From Eledone cirrhosa (lineage: Eukaryota), in contig OZ024747.1 of NCBI GenBank assembly GCA_964016885.1, positions 50,096,001-50,160,000 on the forward strand: 64,000 nucleotides of DNA, given 5' to 3'. Below the pieces are notes generated by a model that made no database searches, was not told the origin of the DNA, and worked only from the letters and a program-made list of their open reading frames with translations. The position numbers and the translations under genes were made by a program. Shown piece after piece: positions 53,841-64,000 of this stretch (position 1 is the first letter of the stretch; the number at the start of each line of letters is the position of its first letter).

Positions 53841-54049
53841 TAAATCTATATAATTGTGCCACAGTTTCAATATCATTATTTAGTTTGATGAGGGTGGTGG
53901 ATTATAGAGTTATGGCCCTTTACATTCTGAGTGCAAATCTCGTCGAGGTTAACTTTGCCTTTCATCCTTACGGGGTCGATAAAATAAAGTACCAGTAATG
54001 CACTGGGTAATTGCTGGCCTTGTGCCTAAAGTAGAAACAATTATTATTG

Positions 54050-54280
54050 TTCTTTGAGTCTCAGTCATTGATGTTATTTAATGGAAAGTTTGTTGAAATG
54101 AATATCAAGCCTCTACCTGCAGCCTCAGATATTCAGGACGTATCGGAGGGTTCTTGCTGTTCCCAGCAAGCATGCCTTTTGAAGTGTTCCAAAAAAGAGG
54201 CCGGACTGATGTTTTTTAACCATCCTCGAAACTCTTCAAGACAGTACCTATTGCTTCTATGACAATCGGAACGACCTTAA
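54050..54280 (-). mobile_element. R4/Dong-like LINE 3' end, abutting a family B SINE (53895-54047)
   Basis: LQKACLLGTARTLRYVLNI-stop. Confidence 0.8.
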
Positions 54281-54570
54281 GGATCCCTTATATAATGGTA
54301 GGGTATGGACATCGCTCAACAACAAGAAAGGAACCCCTTATATAATGGTAGGGTATGAACATCCTCATAACAAGAAGGGATCCCCTTATATAATGGTAGG
54401 GTATGGACATCGCCCAACAAGAAGAAAGGAACCCCTTTTATAATGGTAAGGTATGGACATCCTCATAACAAGAAAGGAACCCCTTTTATAATGGTAAGGT
54501 ATGGACATCGCCCAACAAGAAGAAAGGAACCCCTTTTATAATGGTAAGTTATGGACATCCTCGTAACATT
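54281..54570. repeat. Six ~47-51-bp tandem units in alternating A/B form
   Basis: cccttatataatggtagggtatggacatc followed alternately by gcccaacaagaag or ctcataacaag. Confidence 0.9.
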
Positions 54571-54599
54571 ATGTAAAGGATCCTTTCTTGTATATAAGA

Positions 54600-56245
54600 T
54601 AAAGAAGTATTTACCTATTTACTCAGTGCGAAAATGGTGTAAGTGTTTGAGTGTGTGTGTGTATTCCTGAATGTTGTTTTGGTGAGTGTGGGGACAGATG
54701 GTGAAAAGCTGGGTATAATTATTGTGGATATCCAGAGAGTGTGACCAGCAGTGTAGGATCTGTGAAATTATGGAAGAGGAAGTAGAAAGTTGTGGGGCGC
54801 GCGCAACAGGAAGTGGTCAAGAAGGTCAGGGCAGGGGGCTGGAGAAGGCAGGGTGAAGTGTGCGAGAGAGAGAGGAGATAACAGTCAAGAGGGTGAGGAA
54901 CAGTCAGCCGAATGGTGGTTGGCAGGTGAGACCTGTATGTGTGTGTGGAGGTGCGGTGGACGGTAGAGGCGGTGGGTCAGTGTGAAAAGTTGAAGGAGAG
55001 GGTGGCGGTGTGTGTAGGAGGTTGTGTGTATATTAGTGGAGGTGTTAGTAGGATGTGTGTGTGTGTGAGGGGTTGTTGGTAGTACGGGGAGGGGGTGGGG
55101 GACGAGAGAGAAGGGGGGGGGGTACTGTATAAGTGTGTGAAATATACTGGTGTGTGTGTGTGCGTGTTTGGGTGTGAGTGTGCGTGTGTGTATGGTAGGG
55201 TAGGTGTTAGTATTATTAGTGGCGGTGGGGGTCGAATACGGGTTTGTGGGTGGGGGTTAGGTTGTGTATCGGTGTGTACCTAGGTGTGGGTGAGTATATA
55301 TGCTGTTGTGTGCGTTGTGAGTGAGGGGGGGAAGGTGGGTTGTGTGTGTGTGTGTGTGGGGGGGGGTAGTATTAATGGTGGGGTGGTCGAATGTGGATGT
55401 CTGGGTGGTGGTTAGTGGTGGTAGTAGGGTGTGTGAATAGTGTGAGTGAGTGTATATATATATATATATACTGGTGTGGGTGCGTGTGTGATAGGCGCAG
55501 GGCGTGGGGTTTGTCAGTATTATTAGTGGTGGGGTGGATCAAGGAGGTGGGGGTTGCTGAAAGGGGAGAGGACTGTTAATCTTGGGAGTGTTTTAGTGGT
55601 GTAGGGGAGGGGGAGGGGAACGATCGAAGGCTAAAGGAAGAGGGGGTGGGGGGTGAAGATGGTGTGTTGTTCGGCCCTAAGTCGGGTTTCAGGGATCCCA
55701 TGACATTCAATCATGGCGCAGGCGGTGAGGTTGCTGGCGGAGTGTCCAGTGGAACCAAAGTGGCGGGTGATGAGGGAACTCCCACCGAGACGAATATCTC
55801 GGAGGTGCTCCGTGAACCATCCGCCAAGCGACGTCCGGTCTGTCCGACATAGGTCGCACTGCCCTCCGTGCAGCGAAGTCCATAGACGAGGTTGGAGGAG
55901 GTGCAGCGGAAGACATGTCGGACAGAGAGAGAAAGAGAGAGAGAGGCCGTTGGGACCCTGGGAGGTAGTGGTGTTCGTAATGTGGGGGCAGGTATGGCAG
56001 CGGGGTCTGGAGCAAGGAAGGGAACCGGAGGGGGAAGTTGCAGACGAGGAGGCTGCGCGCGTTTGAAGGAGGGGAGGGTGGGTGGAAGGGTCGGACTGGA
56101 GTCGTCAGAAGAGGCGGAGGATGGTTCGCTGGAAGGGAAGGATGGTGGAGTGGTAGATGAAGGGTGGAGCGGCTGACTGCGCGGGCGCGGGTGAGGGCGG
56201 CGTGGACGAGGGGGGTAACCTCTCCGGGTGAAATGGCTGACCAAA
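54600..56245 (-). mobile_element. Penelope-like element 3' part (RT thumb end, GIY-YIG endonuclease, CA-rich 3' region)
   Basis: MVSHFTRRGYP; FRCTSSNLVYGLRCTEGSATYVGQTGRRLAD; frameshifted EHLRDI...RHFGSTGH. Confidence 0.85.
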
Positions 56246-56257
56246 AGGTGATATAAT

Positions 56258-56495
56258 ACAGCTTTATACCGCTATAGTTTCCTGTATTTAGTGCATCTCC
56301 TTTACCCTTGTAGCAGTTAACAATGATACTGCTGCGCCAATCATTTGGTTTGACACCCTCTAGTATTACTTTGTCAACAATATGTGTGGTTATGGTGTGA
56401 CCTACCGACCCAGATGCTTTCAGCATTTCGGCAGCTATACCCGATGGACCGGTTGCCTGCCCAGTCTTCATATCTTTAATTGCCGTACTTACTAG
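56258..56495 (-). mobile_element. RTE reverse transcriptase N-terminal fragment
   Basis: AIKDMKTGQATGPSGIAAEMLK...PNDWRSSIIVNCYKGKGDALNTGNYSGIKL. Confidence 0.88.
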
Positions 56496-56499
56496 GGAG

Positions 56500-56590
56500 C
56501 TAATGACTTTCAACATATTCCACAAGAGGAGTGATGTCGATAGACTCTACTTAAAGAGATCTGAAGGTGGAAGAGGTCTTATCAATAGTG
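56500..56590 (+). mobile_element. R4/Dong-like RT fragment
   Basis: HKRSDVDRLYLKRSEGGRGL motif. Confidence 0.75.
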
Positions 56591-56644
56591 CAAATAAAAC
56601 CCTGAGACATTTTGGTGACTGTGATACAGCAGCCTCTGACAAAG

Positions 56645-56780
56645 TTTCATCTCACTGTGCACCATCTTCTAACAAACCATGTTTAAGGCATGGTTCCTTG
56701 TATGTGGCACACACATACCTGTCAACAGTTCTTAGGTGCTTGAAAGAACGTGGTCCTCTGACCAGGTGTAAATCAAATAA
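56645..56780 (-). mobile_element. Helitron Rep/helicase fragment
   Basis: LHLVRGPRSFKHLRTVDRYVCATYKEPCLKHGLLEDGAQ matches the GPTSFEDLRTV...ACxxxGLLEDD linker motif. Confidence 0.8.
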
Positions 56781-57032
56781 TTTTTCTTTTCCTGTTATTG
56801 TGTTTAGTGTTAGAAAGAGGAGTAAGTTAATATTTAATTTGTACTGAGAAGCCGCTGTTTTTGAGGGCCTTATTATAATAAGGGGCAGCTTCATTAAATA
56901 TATCTATAGACGAAGATAAGGTAGAGATTCTACGACTAATGTTAGGAATAACATTTTTAAAGACTATAGGAGGGTGGCAAGACTCTTTGTGTATATATCT
57001 TAAATGTTTTTCAAATTACGTCCCTTACATCG

Positions 57033-57273
57033 AACCGATGTAAGGGACGTAATTTGAAAAAAAGTTTTTTCCGAAATCAGTGAGTGTAATGAAAGAACAC
57101 ACACACATACAGTATATATATAGTAATAATAATAAATGTAAAGACTAAAATTCGAAGAAGGCACGATAAGGATAATATAAATATATATATAAAAACCGTA
57201 GAGCAAATATTAATTAAAATAACATCAAAGTTTAAGCAGCGATTCTTTGCTTAAACGTTAATCTGTTATTTCA

Positions 57274-57354
<81 letters not shown>

Positions 57355-57509
57355 CGTGTGCGTGTCTGTGTGTGTGTGCGTGCGTGTAGGTTTTTTCATG
57401 ACACTCACTCATTTCGAAAAATCATTTCTTTTTCAAAAAGTGAGAAATATGAATATGTTCTTTCAAAGAAAACATTTTTTTTTTTCAAATTACGTCCCTT
57501 ACATCGGTT
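57033..57509. mobile_element. MITE-like element with long TIRs, interrupted by (TA)n/(TG)n
   Basis: aaccgatgtaagggacgtaatttgaaaa ... ttttcaaattacgtcccttacatcggtt, plus inner gtgagtgtaatgaaa / ttcatgacactcac. Confidence 0.7.
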
Positions 57510-57540
57510 AGTTATTCTATACGTCTACCCACACATATAC

Positions 57541-57595
<55 letters not shown>

Positions 57596-57745
57596 AAAAA
57601 CATGGGGAGAAGAATACTGCATGGTTGCACATGGATTACATATGATAAAATTAGTCCCTCATCAGTGATTTGCCAACGATCATTGGTATTTCATCGCATT
57701 AAAAATCATATACCTCAGGTTGGTGCGAGCAATAACTAAAATAAG

Positions 57746-57779
<34 letters not shown>

Positions 57780-58647
57780 CGAAGGAGTTGTAGTAAGGAA
57801 CCAGATGGTCCATCTGGATCCAGATGGACCATAACGCACCAGAGTACTCAATACTTAGGGTAGTAGAGTGGGTAATAGGAGAAGGTATGACCCCGACGGC
57901 AGAGCTCAAGCCTTTTCGACGGTTTTTTTGTGGACTATTTAGTCCAGAAATAGCCGTCGAAACGGCTTGAGTTCTGCCGTCGGGGTCATACTTTCTCCTA
58001 TATATATATATATATATGCATACATAAATACATACATACACTTCCACTCATATATGCATTTATGCCCTCCGATTAGATTAAAGTTACCTCGAAGTAGAGT
58101 CTATGTAAATAATAGATAATACTAAAAATAATGATTCCGATCATAAAGTAACCTAGACAGACATATGTACATACATTCACACATACACAGATAACTTAAA
58201 TTCAGCCAAGTAACTAAAGAAGAAGGTAGTGGGGAGAGGTTCGCTTTATGTATTTACCTTTTTGTATATTCCCATAATATTTTTCACGGTATAAGAGGTG
58301 TATTATATATACGACTAATATTTCATATAGAAGAACGAGTGCAAATTTTTATACGGGGAAAGTAGACAAGATCTCGGATTTTCTATTGAGTACTACGTTT
58401 TTAGATTTCAATATACAGAGACATTCAGTAAGACACAAATTACAACACTTGTTCGTAGGCCGATAAGGTTGGGCGATTTGTTCACTTTGGCTTGTTTGTA
58501 TTTGAATGATTACAACACCATCTATGCTCCCGAGGACATGTAGAACAGCGGACCGGCTCCCAGTACATCTATTGAGGCACGGCCCACCTTCATAAATCGA
58601 AACATTCGTAGAATAAAATCATGTTGTAGATCTTAACTGGTTATTCA

Positions 58648-58815
58648 TTGGCAGTATCGGTAGAGGAGTCGGACGCCATGCTTTCCAACATAGTTACGTC
58701 CCTTTACGGTCTGAGTTCAAATCCCGCCGAGGTTCACTTTGCCTTTCAAATAAAATAAAGTACCAGTAATGTACTGGGTAATTGCTGGCCTTGTGCCAAA
58801 AGTAGAAATAATTAT
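58648..58815 (+). mobile_element. Family B SINE with internal deletion
   Basis: Same head and tail. Confidence 0.85.
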
Positions 58816-58821
58816 TTTACT

Positions 58822-58884
<63 letters not shown>

Positions 58885-58887
<3 letters not shown>

Positions 58888-59210
58888 CTATTGGTGCTCT
58901 GAAATAGCGATGTATATAAGAATGTACGTATAGTATGTTTAATAATATACTGTATGTTTTTCATTCGCTATGAATTTTAAGGTAGTGACTCACGTCACAT
59001 ATCTAGTCTCGGCAAAAGCAAAGGGGAGTAATCGACAGTGACCGTTTCTCACTTGTAAGTGGTTGTCAAGACTACATACCTCTTCGCTTATGCCGAAAGC
59101 TATAGAAGTTGGATTCTTATAGGATTCTAGTTATGTTTATGAGCTATTGAAGCTCATTTGCATACAGAGTGGTTTCCGGCCCAGCATAAATTAGAAATTA
59201 GTATTGGTGC
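58885..59210 (-). mobile_element. ~313-bp hammerhead-bearing element related to 29873-30469
   Basis: tattggtgc repeats 313 bp apart; shares ttggNgctctgaaatagc, gtagtgac, ttcttatagRattctag and tacagag with the 30-kb element; abuts (TA)n. Confidence 0.7.
59028..59075 (-). ncRNA. Hammerhead ribozyme, U3-A8 core variant (GUC site)
   Basis: gtagtc TTGACAA ccact taca agtga GAAA cgg tca ctg TC gattac; first pair of stem II mismatched. Confidence 0.68.
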
Positions 59211-59350
59211 CAACGCGTAATGTCATCATTACCGTCAGACGTCCATTTTTCCACGCTAACATGGGTTGTCCCGTTTGAGGCAAGTTGGCTCAGGTGACCG
59301 TGTCTTGCTCATACAGAACTGTTTCTGGTTAGGTTTCTACGGATGCCCTT

Positions 59351-59391
<41 letters not shown>

Positions 59392-60069
59392 AGTAATGCA
59401 TGCACAGTGGTAAGAAACTCACAAGAGAGCTGTACAACAGGAGGTGTTCAGAGAAAAAACCTAGCCAGTGTTTCTGCCAACACTTCAATTTATTATTATA
59501 ATTTCCTACTGGTTAGTTTAATAACAAGATGGTATAGAACAACCGAATAATGAAGAGATACAAAATTACAAAAATAGTCCCTGAGGAAATTGCATGGGGG
59601 ACGAAAGAACTTTGACTATTAACAACTAAACAACCACCTGGGACATCTTCTTGACTATTATAGAGTGTGAGTGGTCATCTTGTTCACGAAGTTTTCCCAC
59701 CCATTGTTCACATAGAGGTGCGGTCCAAACCAGTCCCAGAGCGTCCTAATCGGACCCTGTGGCCAACGTTGTTCCTTTATAAATTTTCCTTAATAACTTT
59801 CCAGGTAAGTTAAATAGATAAATAAAAATTATTTACAAAAACATAAAATTTTTAAGGGTAAAGCTGCGCCCCCATCGAGGCATATGGTGTTTTCAGTCCC
59901 TCGATTGCTTTTTCCTCCTCCAATTCTGGACATTGGAATCACACCTAAGGAGGAAGCCTAACGAGGTGGAATGGCTGATGCAGTGCTTGTCCCTTGCTGT
60001 TCTCATCTTACACGTGAGTGCAGCTAAAATATACTGTCTAGCCATGTATCAGCCCCTTCTCCATTCCCC

Positions 60070-60133
<64 letters not shown>

Positions 60134-60329
60134 CTCTCTCTCTAAATAGAATGTGGATACGAAATGCAATATTTAAAAATCTATATAATTGTCAAGTCCA
60201 TTAACTCTTCCCAATATTTTACATAGTTTTCTTCCTTAGATACAAAATTATTTTTTATTAGTTAAAACAAGTATTACCAATAAGTGTTTCTACTTTTGGC
60301 ACAAGGCCAGCAATTATCCTAAGCAAAAA

Positions 60330-60514
60330 TTGTTTCTACTTTTGACACAAGGCCAGCAATTATCCCAGTGTATTACTGGTGCTTTATTTTGTCGACCCCG
60401 TAAGGATGAAAGGCAAAGTTAACCTCGGCGGGATTTGAACTCAGACTATAAAGGGCCGTAACTCTATGCGTCAAAGCATGGCGTCCGACCCTCTACCGAT
60501 ACTGCCAATCCACC
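60330..60514 (-). mobile_element. Family B SINE (extra tail copy at 60285-60318)
   Basis: Reverse complement of the consensus. Confidence 0.88.
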
Positions 60515-61014
60515 AATAATGATAGTTTGGTAGAAGTGGTAGAGCATAAGCCCTAGTAAGTTGCAGTATTTGTTCTTGATATTTAAGTTACCTTCTGAGT
60601 TCAAATTCTACCGATTTTTTTTTTTTTTTAGTTCTTTTTCTTACGGGGTTCAATATTGATTTCTCTTCTTACGGGATCGATATGATGTTTGACAAGGGTA
60701 CCAGTTTTCAGAGGTAGGAGAAAGTTCAATATATCGAAGATAGAAAGCAAAGCTGAGCACAGGGCGTCGGGATCGATATAATAAAATACAGTACTAATCG
60801 AATGACGTAATTAAATAAATTGACTCAGTCTAGTTCACAGACTTTTCACAACCAAACACCCCTTTTTGTAAGAAGGTTTCTTCCTACGAACCACCCTCTA
60901 CACCTTCATCCATTATAGTGAGAATGACTATAAAAAAATAGTGATGTTTATAGATGGAGAAAATCGATATTATAGACTAGGAGTAGTGTAGGGTATGAGT
61001 GTGTGTGTGTTGAT

Positions 61015-61285
61015 GTGATCAACCGAATATCCATCTTGTGAACTTAATGTATCTGGAACAAACATTCGAGACACATGCTCCACTATTGTAGTTCTCAGGG
61101 AGATTCAGCGTGAGACTGTGTGAAACTTCTTGCCCTTTGAATTGTAGGTATGACATATTTATGCCAGTAGAATGGACTGGAGCTGCATGAAATAGTGTCT
61201 TGCTCAAGGACACAACACACCACAAGGAATCGAACTTACGACCTTGCGATCTTGGGCCGACAAATTAAAGCCCTAAGCCACGCTA
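61015..61285 (-). mobile_element. Second CORE-type tRNA SINE (family C)
   Basis: tggcttag head, gttcgattcc B box, gtgttgtgtccttgagcaagacact CORE-like segment; different tail from family A. Confidence 0.7.
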
Positions 61286-61854
61286 TCTATAAACATACAC
61301 ACATGGTCAGCATTAGCATTAAGATCCTCTTGGTAGAGGGCAGCGATCTCAGAGAGAGAGAGACACATTACTGAACCTTATACAAATTTGTATAAATTAT
61401 ATAAATAATTATTTCTTACGATAAATAAATACATTTGAAACATTTCTGCTTTGTAACAACGTTGTGTAAATATCCACAACGGTGGAGAGAGCCGTATAGT
61501 GTTATGACTTGTCACATGACGTGGTGTGGGTATATGTGCACTGTGTATTGGAAAATGCTGGCTTAGTAGGTTTCTTAGGCAGATGAGAAGAAGACGTGTG
61601 GAAAAGTAGGTTCAACACCTTACCAGGCTGTGAGTTAAAATGATTCTATAAAGGAGAAAAGGCAGTATAAGAGAAAGAAGGGGCCATATATTGTAGAGCT
61701 AGTCGAGAGTGGTAAATATCGGCGGCTCTGCTTCAATACATTAATAGAACCAATCGACTATACAGCGCAAAAGGTGTAGGATTTAACATTTCATATTAAT
61801 TGAAGTAAAGTTAAACATGAAATATATACTTCATTACTATACCTTTCATCTGTA

Positions 61855-62395
61855 ATTGTTGTTGTTGTTATTGTTATTGTTGTTGGTGATAGTGGTGGTG
61901 GTGGTAGTGGTGGTGGTGGTGATGGTGGTGGTAGTGGTGGTGGTGGTGGTGGTGGTGGTGGTTATAGTGGTAGTGGTGGTGGTGATAGTGGTGGTGGTGG
62001 TTATAGTGGTGGTGGTGGTGGTTATAGTGGTAGTGGTGGTGTTAGTGGTTGTGGCGGTGGTGGTGGAGGCGGTGGTAGTGGTGGTGTTAGTGGTGGATAT
62101 GGTGGTTATAGTAGTGGTGGTGGTGGTGGTTGTAGTGGTGGTGGTGGTTGTAGTGGTGGTGGTGGTGGTTACAGTGGTGGTGGTTATAGTGGTAGTGGTT
62201 ATAGTGGTAGTGGTGGTAGTGATGGTTATAGTGGTGGTGGTTATAGTGGTAGTGGTTATAGTGGTAGTGGTGGTAGTGATGGTTATACTGGTGGTGGTTA
62301 TAGTGGTGGTGGTGGTAGTGGTGGCGATGGCGGCGGTGGTGGTGGTTATAGTGGTGGTGGTGGCGGTGGTGGTTATATTGGTGGTGGTAATAGTG
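61855..62395. repeat. (gtg/ata/ttg) trinucleotide array
   Basis: Direct reading. Confidence 0.95.
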
Positions 62396-63244
62396 TGTGT
62401 GCATTGATGTCCTCTCTCTTTCACTCTCTGCTCTCGTCTCTCTCGCTCTCCCCATCCTTCTATGATAAGCAAATAAGGGCCCAGGCGCTGGCCGCCCGGT
62501 GGAGAACAGCTAAGTCAGCCTGCCTAGACTATGTCGCTCCCTTTCGCTATTTACATTTTTTCTTCTGTTTCGTTGTTTTTTTTTTTAATATTCAAAAGTA
62601 GATGAATTATAAATTTTGTCCTTATTTTTAAAGAGTTTTAATGGACTTCACATCCTGTCAAATAATAAGAAAGTAGTTGTAAAAAATAAACATGAAATAT
62701 TGTAATAGAATCTAGACACAGAATCTAGAATCAAAATTTTGAAGAAAAATATAAAGTAATAATAATTATTTCCCTTGGTTTTCAAGGGTCGTAACTTTTA
62801 TCATATTATAAAGGGTAATTTCCCTTGAATATTGTTTTACTTTTTTCCCTTACCTTTTAGCATTCACATTATTCTATATATACTATTAAATCCCGCCGAG
62901 GTTAACTTTGCCTTTCATCCTTACGGGGTCGATAAAATAAAGTACCAGTAATGTACTGGGTAATTGCTGGCCTTGTGCCAAAAATAGAAGCAATTATGTT
63001 TTCATGGTAAAGGCTTTACCGCACATAATTATCTCACATAATGTCGAATCTATGAGATTTTAAAAGTATTTATTTTGAGAACAATACCTTAACGTCAGTT
63101 TGAGCGACCAGTTACAGCCAGTTTCAACAGAAAGAGTTAGAGAATTATGGCCGGTTTTGGCCGGTTTGAACATTAAAGGGTTAAGTGCTTTTGTGTTAGA
63201 AAGGAATCTTTTTAAACATTTAAGTTAAGTCTTACTTGAAGACA

Positions 63245-63525
63245 GGTGGCTTAGTGGTTTGGATGTTGAACTAACGATATTAAAGTTATGAGTTCGATTC
63301 TCGGGGCATGAGGTACGTCGTGTCATTGATGAAAATACTTTACTTTACAGATGGAAATAAATTAGTTATACCTGTAACTTAAAGGGCCAGTCAGTCTTGT
63401 GACACATCGTGTCACGCTGGCTCTTCCTTAGGGTATATGTATTTGTAGAATACTCAGTCACTTTGACGTTAATTTGACGAGCAGGTTGTTTCATTCATCG
63501 AACAACTGAAATGTTCATCTTCGAA
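63245..63525 (+). mobile_element. Family C SINE, diverged
   Basis: tggcttagtgg A box, gagttcgattc B box; tail (aaagggc..cacacat..tcacgctg) resembles 61015-61285. Confidence 0.65.
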
Positions 63526-63654
63526 ACTGACGGAGTACCAACACTCTTCACTGATCAATATATGAAAGTTGTTCATTCTGGTTTATCTTATTCTGGTACC
63601 TGGAATATTCCAATAAACCGGTATTCTGAAATTCTCGCCTTAGAAATAAGAGCA

Positions 63655-63835
63655 ATGGTAGTATCGGCAGAGCGTCAGAGACCATGCTTTACAACATAGA
63701 GTTATGACCCTTTACGTTCTGAGTTCAAATCACGCCGAGGTTAACTATGCCTTTCATCCTTACGGGATCGATAAAATAAAGTACCAGTAATGCACTGTGG
63801 TAATTGCTGGCCTTGTGCTAAAAGTAGAAACAATT
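63655..63835 (+). mobile_element. Family B SINE
   Basis: Same body and tail. Confidence 0.85.
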
Positions 63836-64000
63836 AATTACTTTGATACAATATAACACACATACGTTGATTGCGACTTCTTGTCAGAAGAGTGTTATCC
63901 CTTCATTGAACACTGCAGAATCATGCGCACGCAAGTGACTTTTCAGACCCGCTTTTGTTTTGCAGATACGTTCACAGATGTGACACTTGAACTGCTTGTC

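Noticed and set aside
57655-57705. CUGAUGA and GAAA on the - strand
   Set aside because: No room for stem I in any permutation
59573-59620. Hammerhead-like aatagtc c CTGAGGA...GAAA...gactatt
   Set aside because: Good stem I but no stem II pairing
63160-63184. piggyBac-like end (aaaggg|ttaa)
   Set aside because: Matching left terminus not found

Overview
Repeat-saturated eukaryotic (animal) genomic DNA, most likely octopus or another coleoid cephalopod. The taxon is inferred from the CORE-type and other tRNA-derived SINEs, the RTE and R4/Dong LINE debris and the extreme microsatellite load; it is not proven. There is one clear host gene: a + strand, 3-coding-exon NIM1K-like (AMPK-related) Ser/Thr kinase at 37463-39200, 43544-43812 and 44386-45126, with a long low-complexity N-terminus and a C-terminal CaaX box. 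The rest is satellites (58, 55/53, 33, 32, 48, 42 bp units), SINEs, LINE fragments (RTE, R4/Dong, CR1-group, L1/Tx1), a Penelope-like GIY-YIG fragment, a deleted DD37D (maT) transposon, Helitron pieces and a MITE. The most notable signal, found by hand-folding, is 12 type I hammerhead ribozyme motifs, 11 of them within 18.3-31.4 kb. They sit in short elements next to (TA)n tracts. Three are duplicated as divergent inverted repeats, and one ~315-bp family carries the compensatory U3-A8 core (UUGANAA) inside a covarying extended stem. All RNA structures are hand-derived and untested. TE boundaries are approximate.
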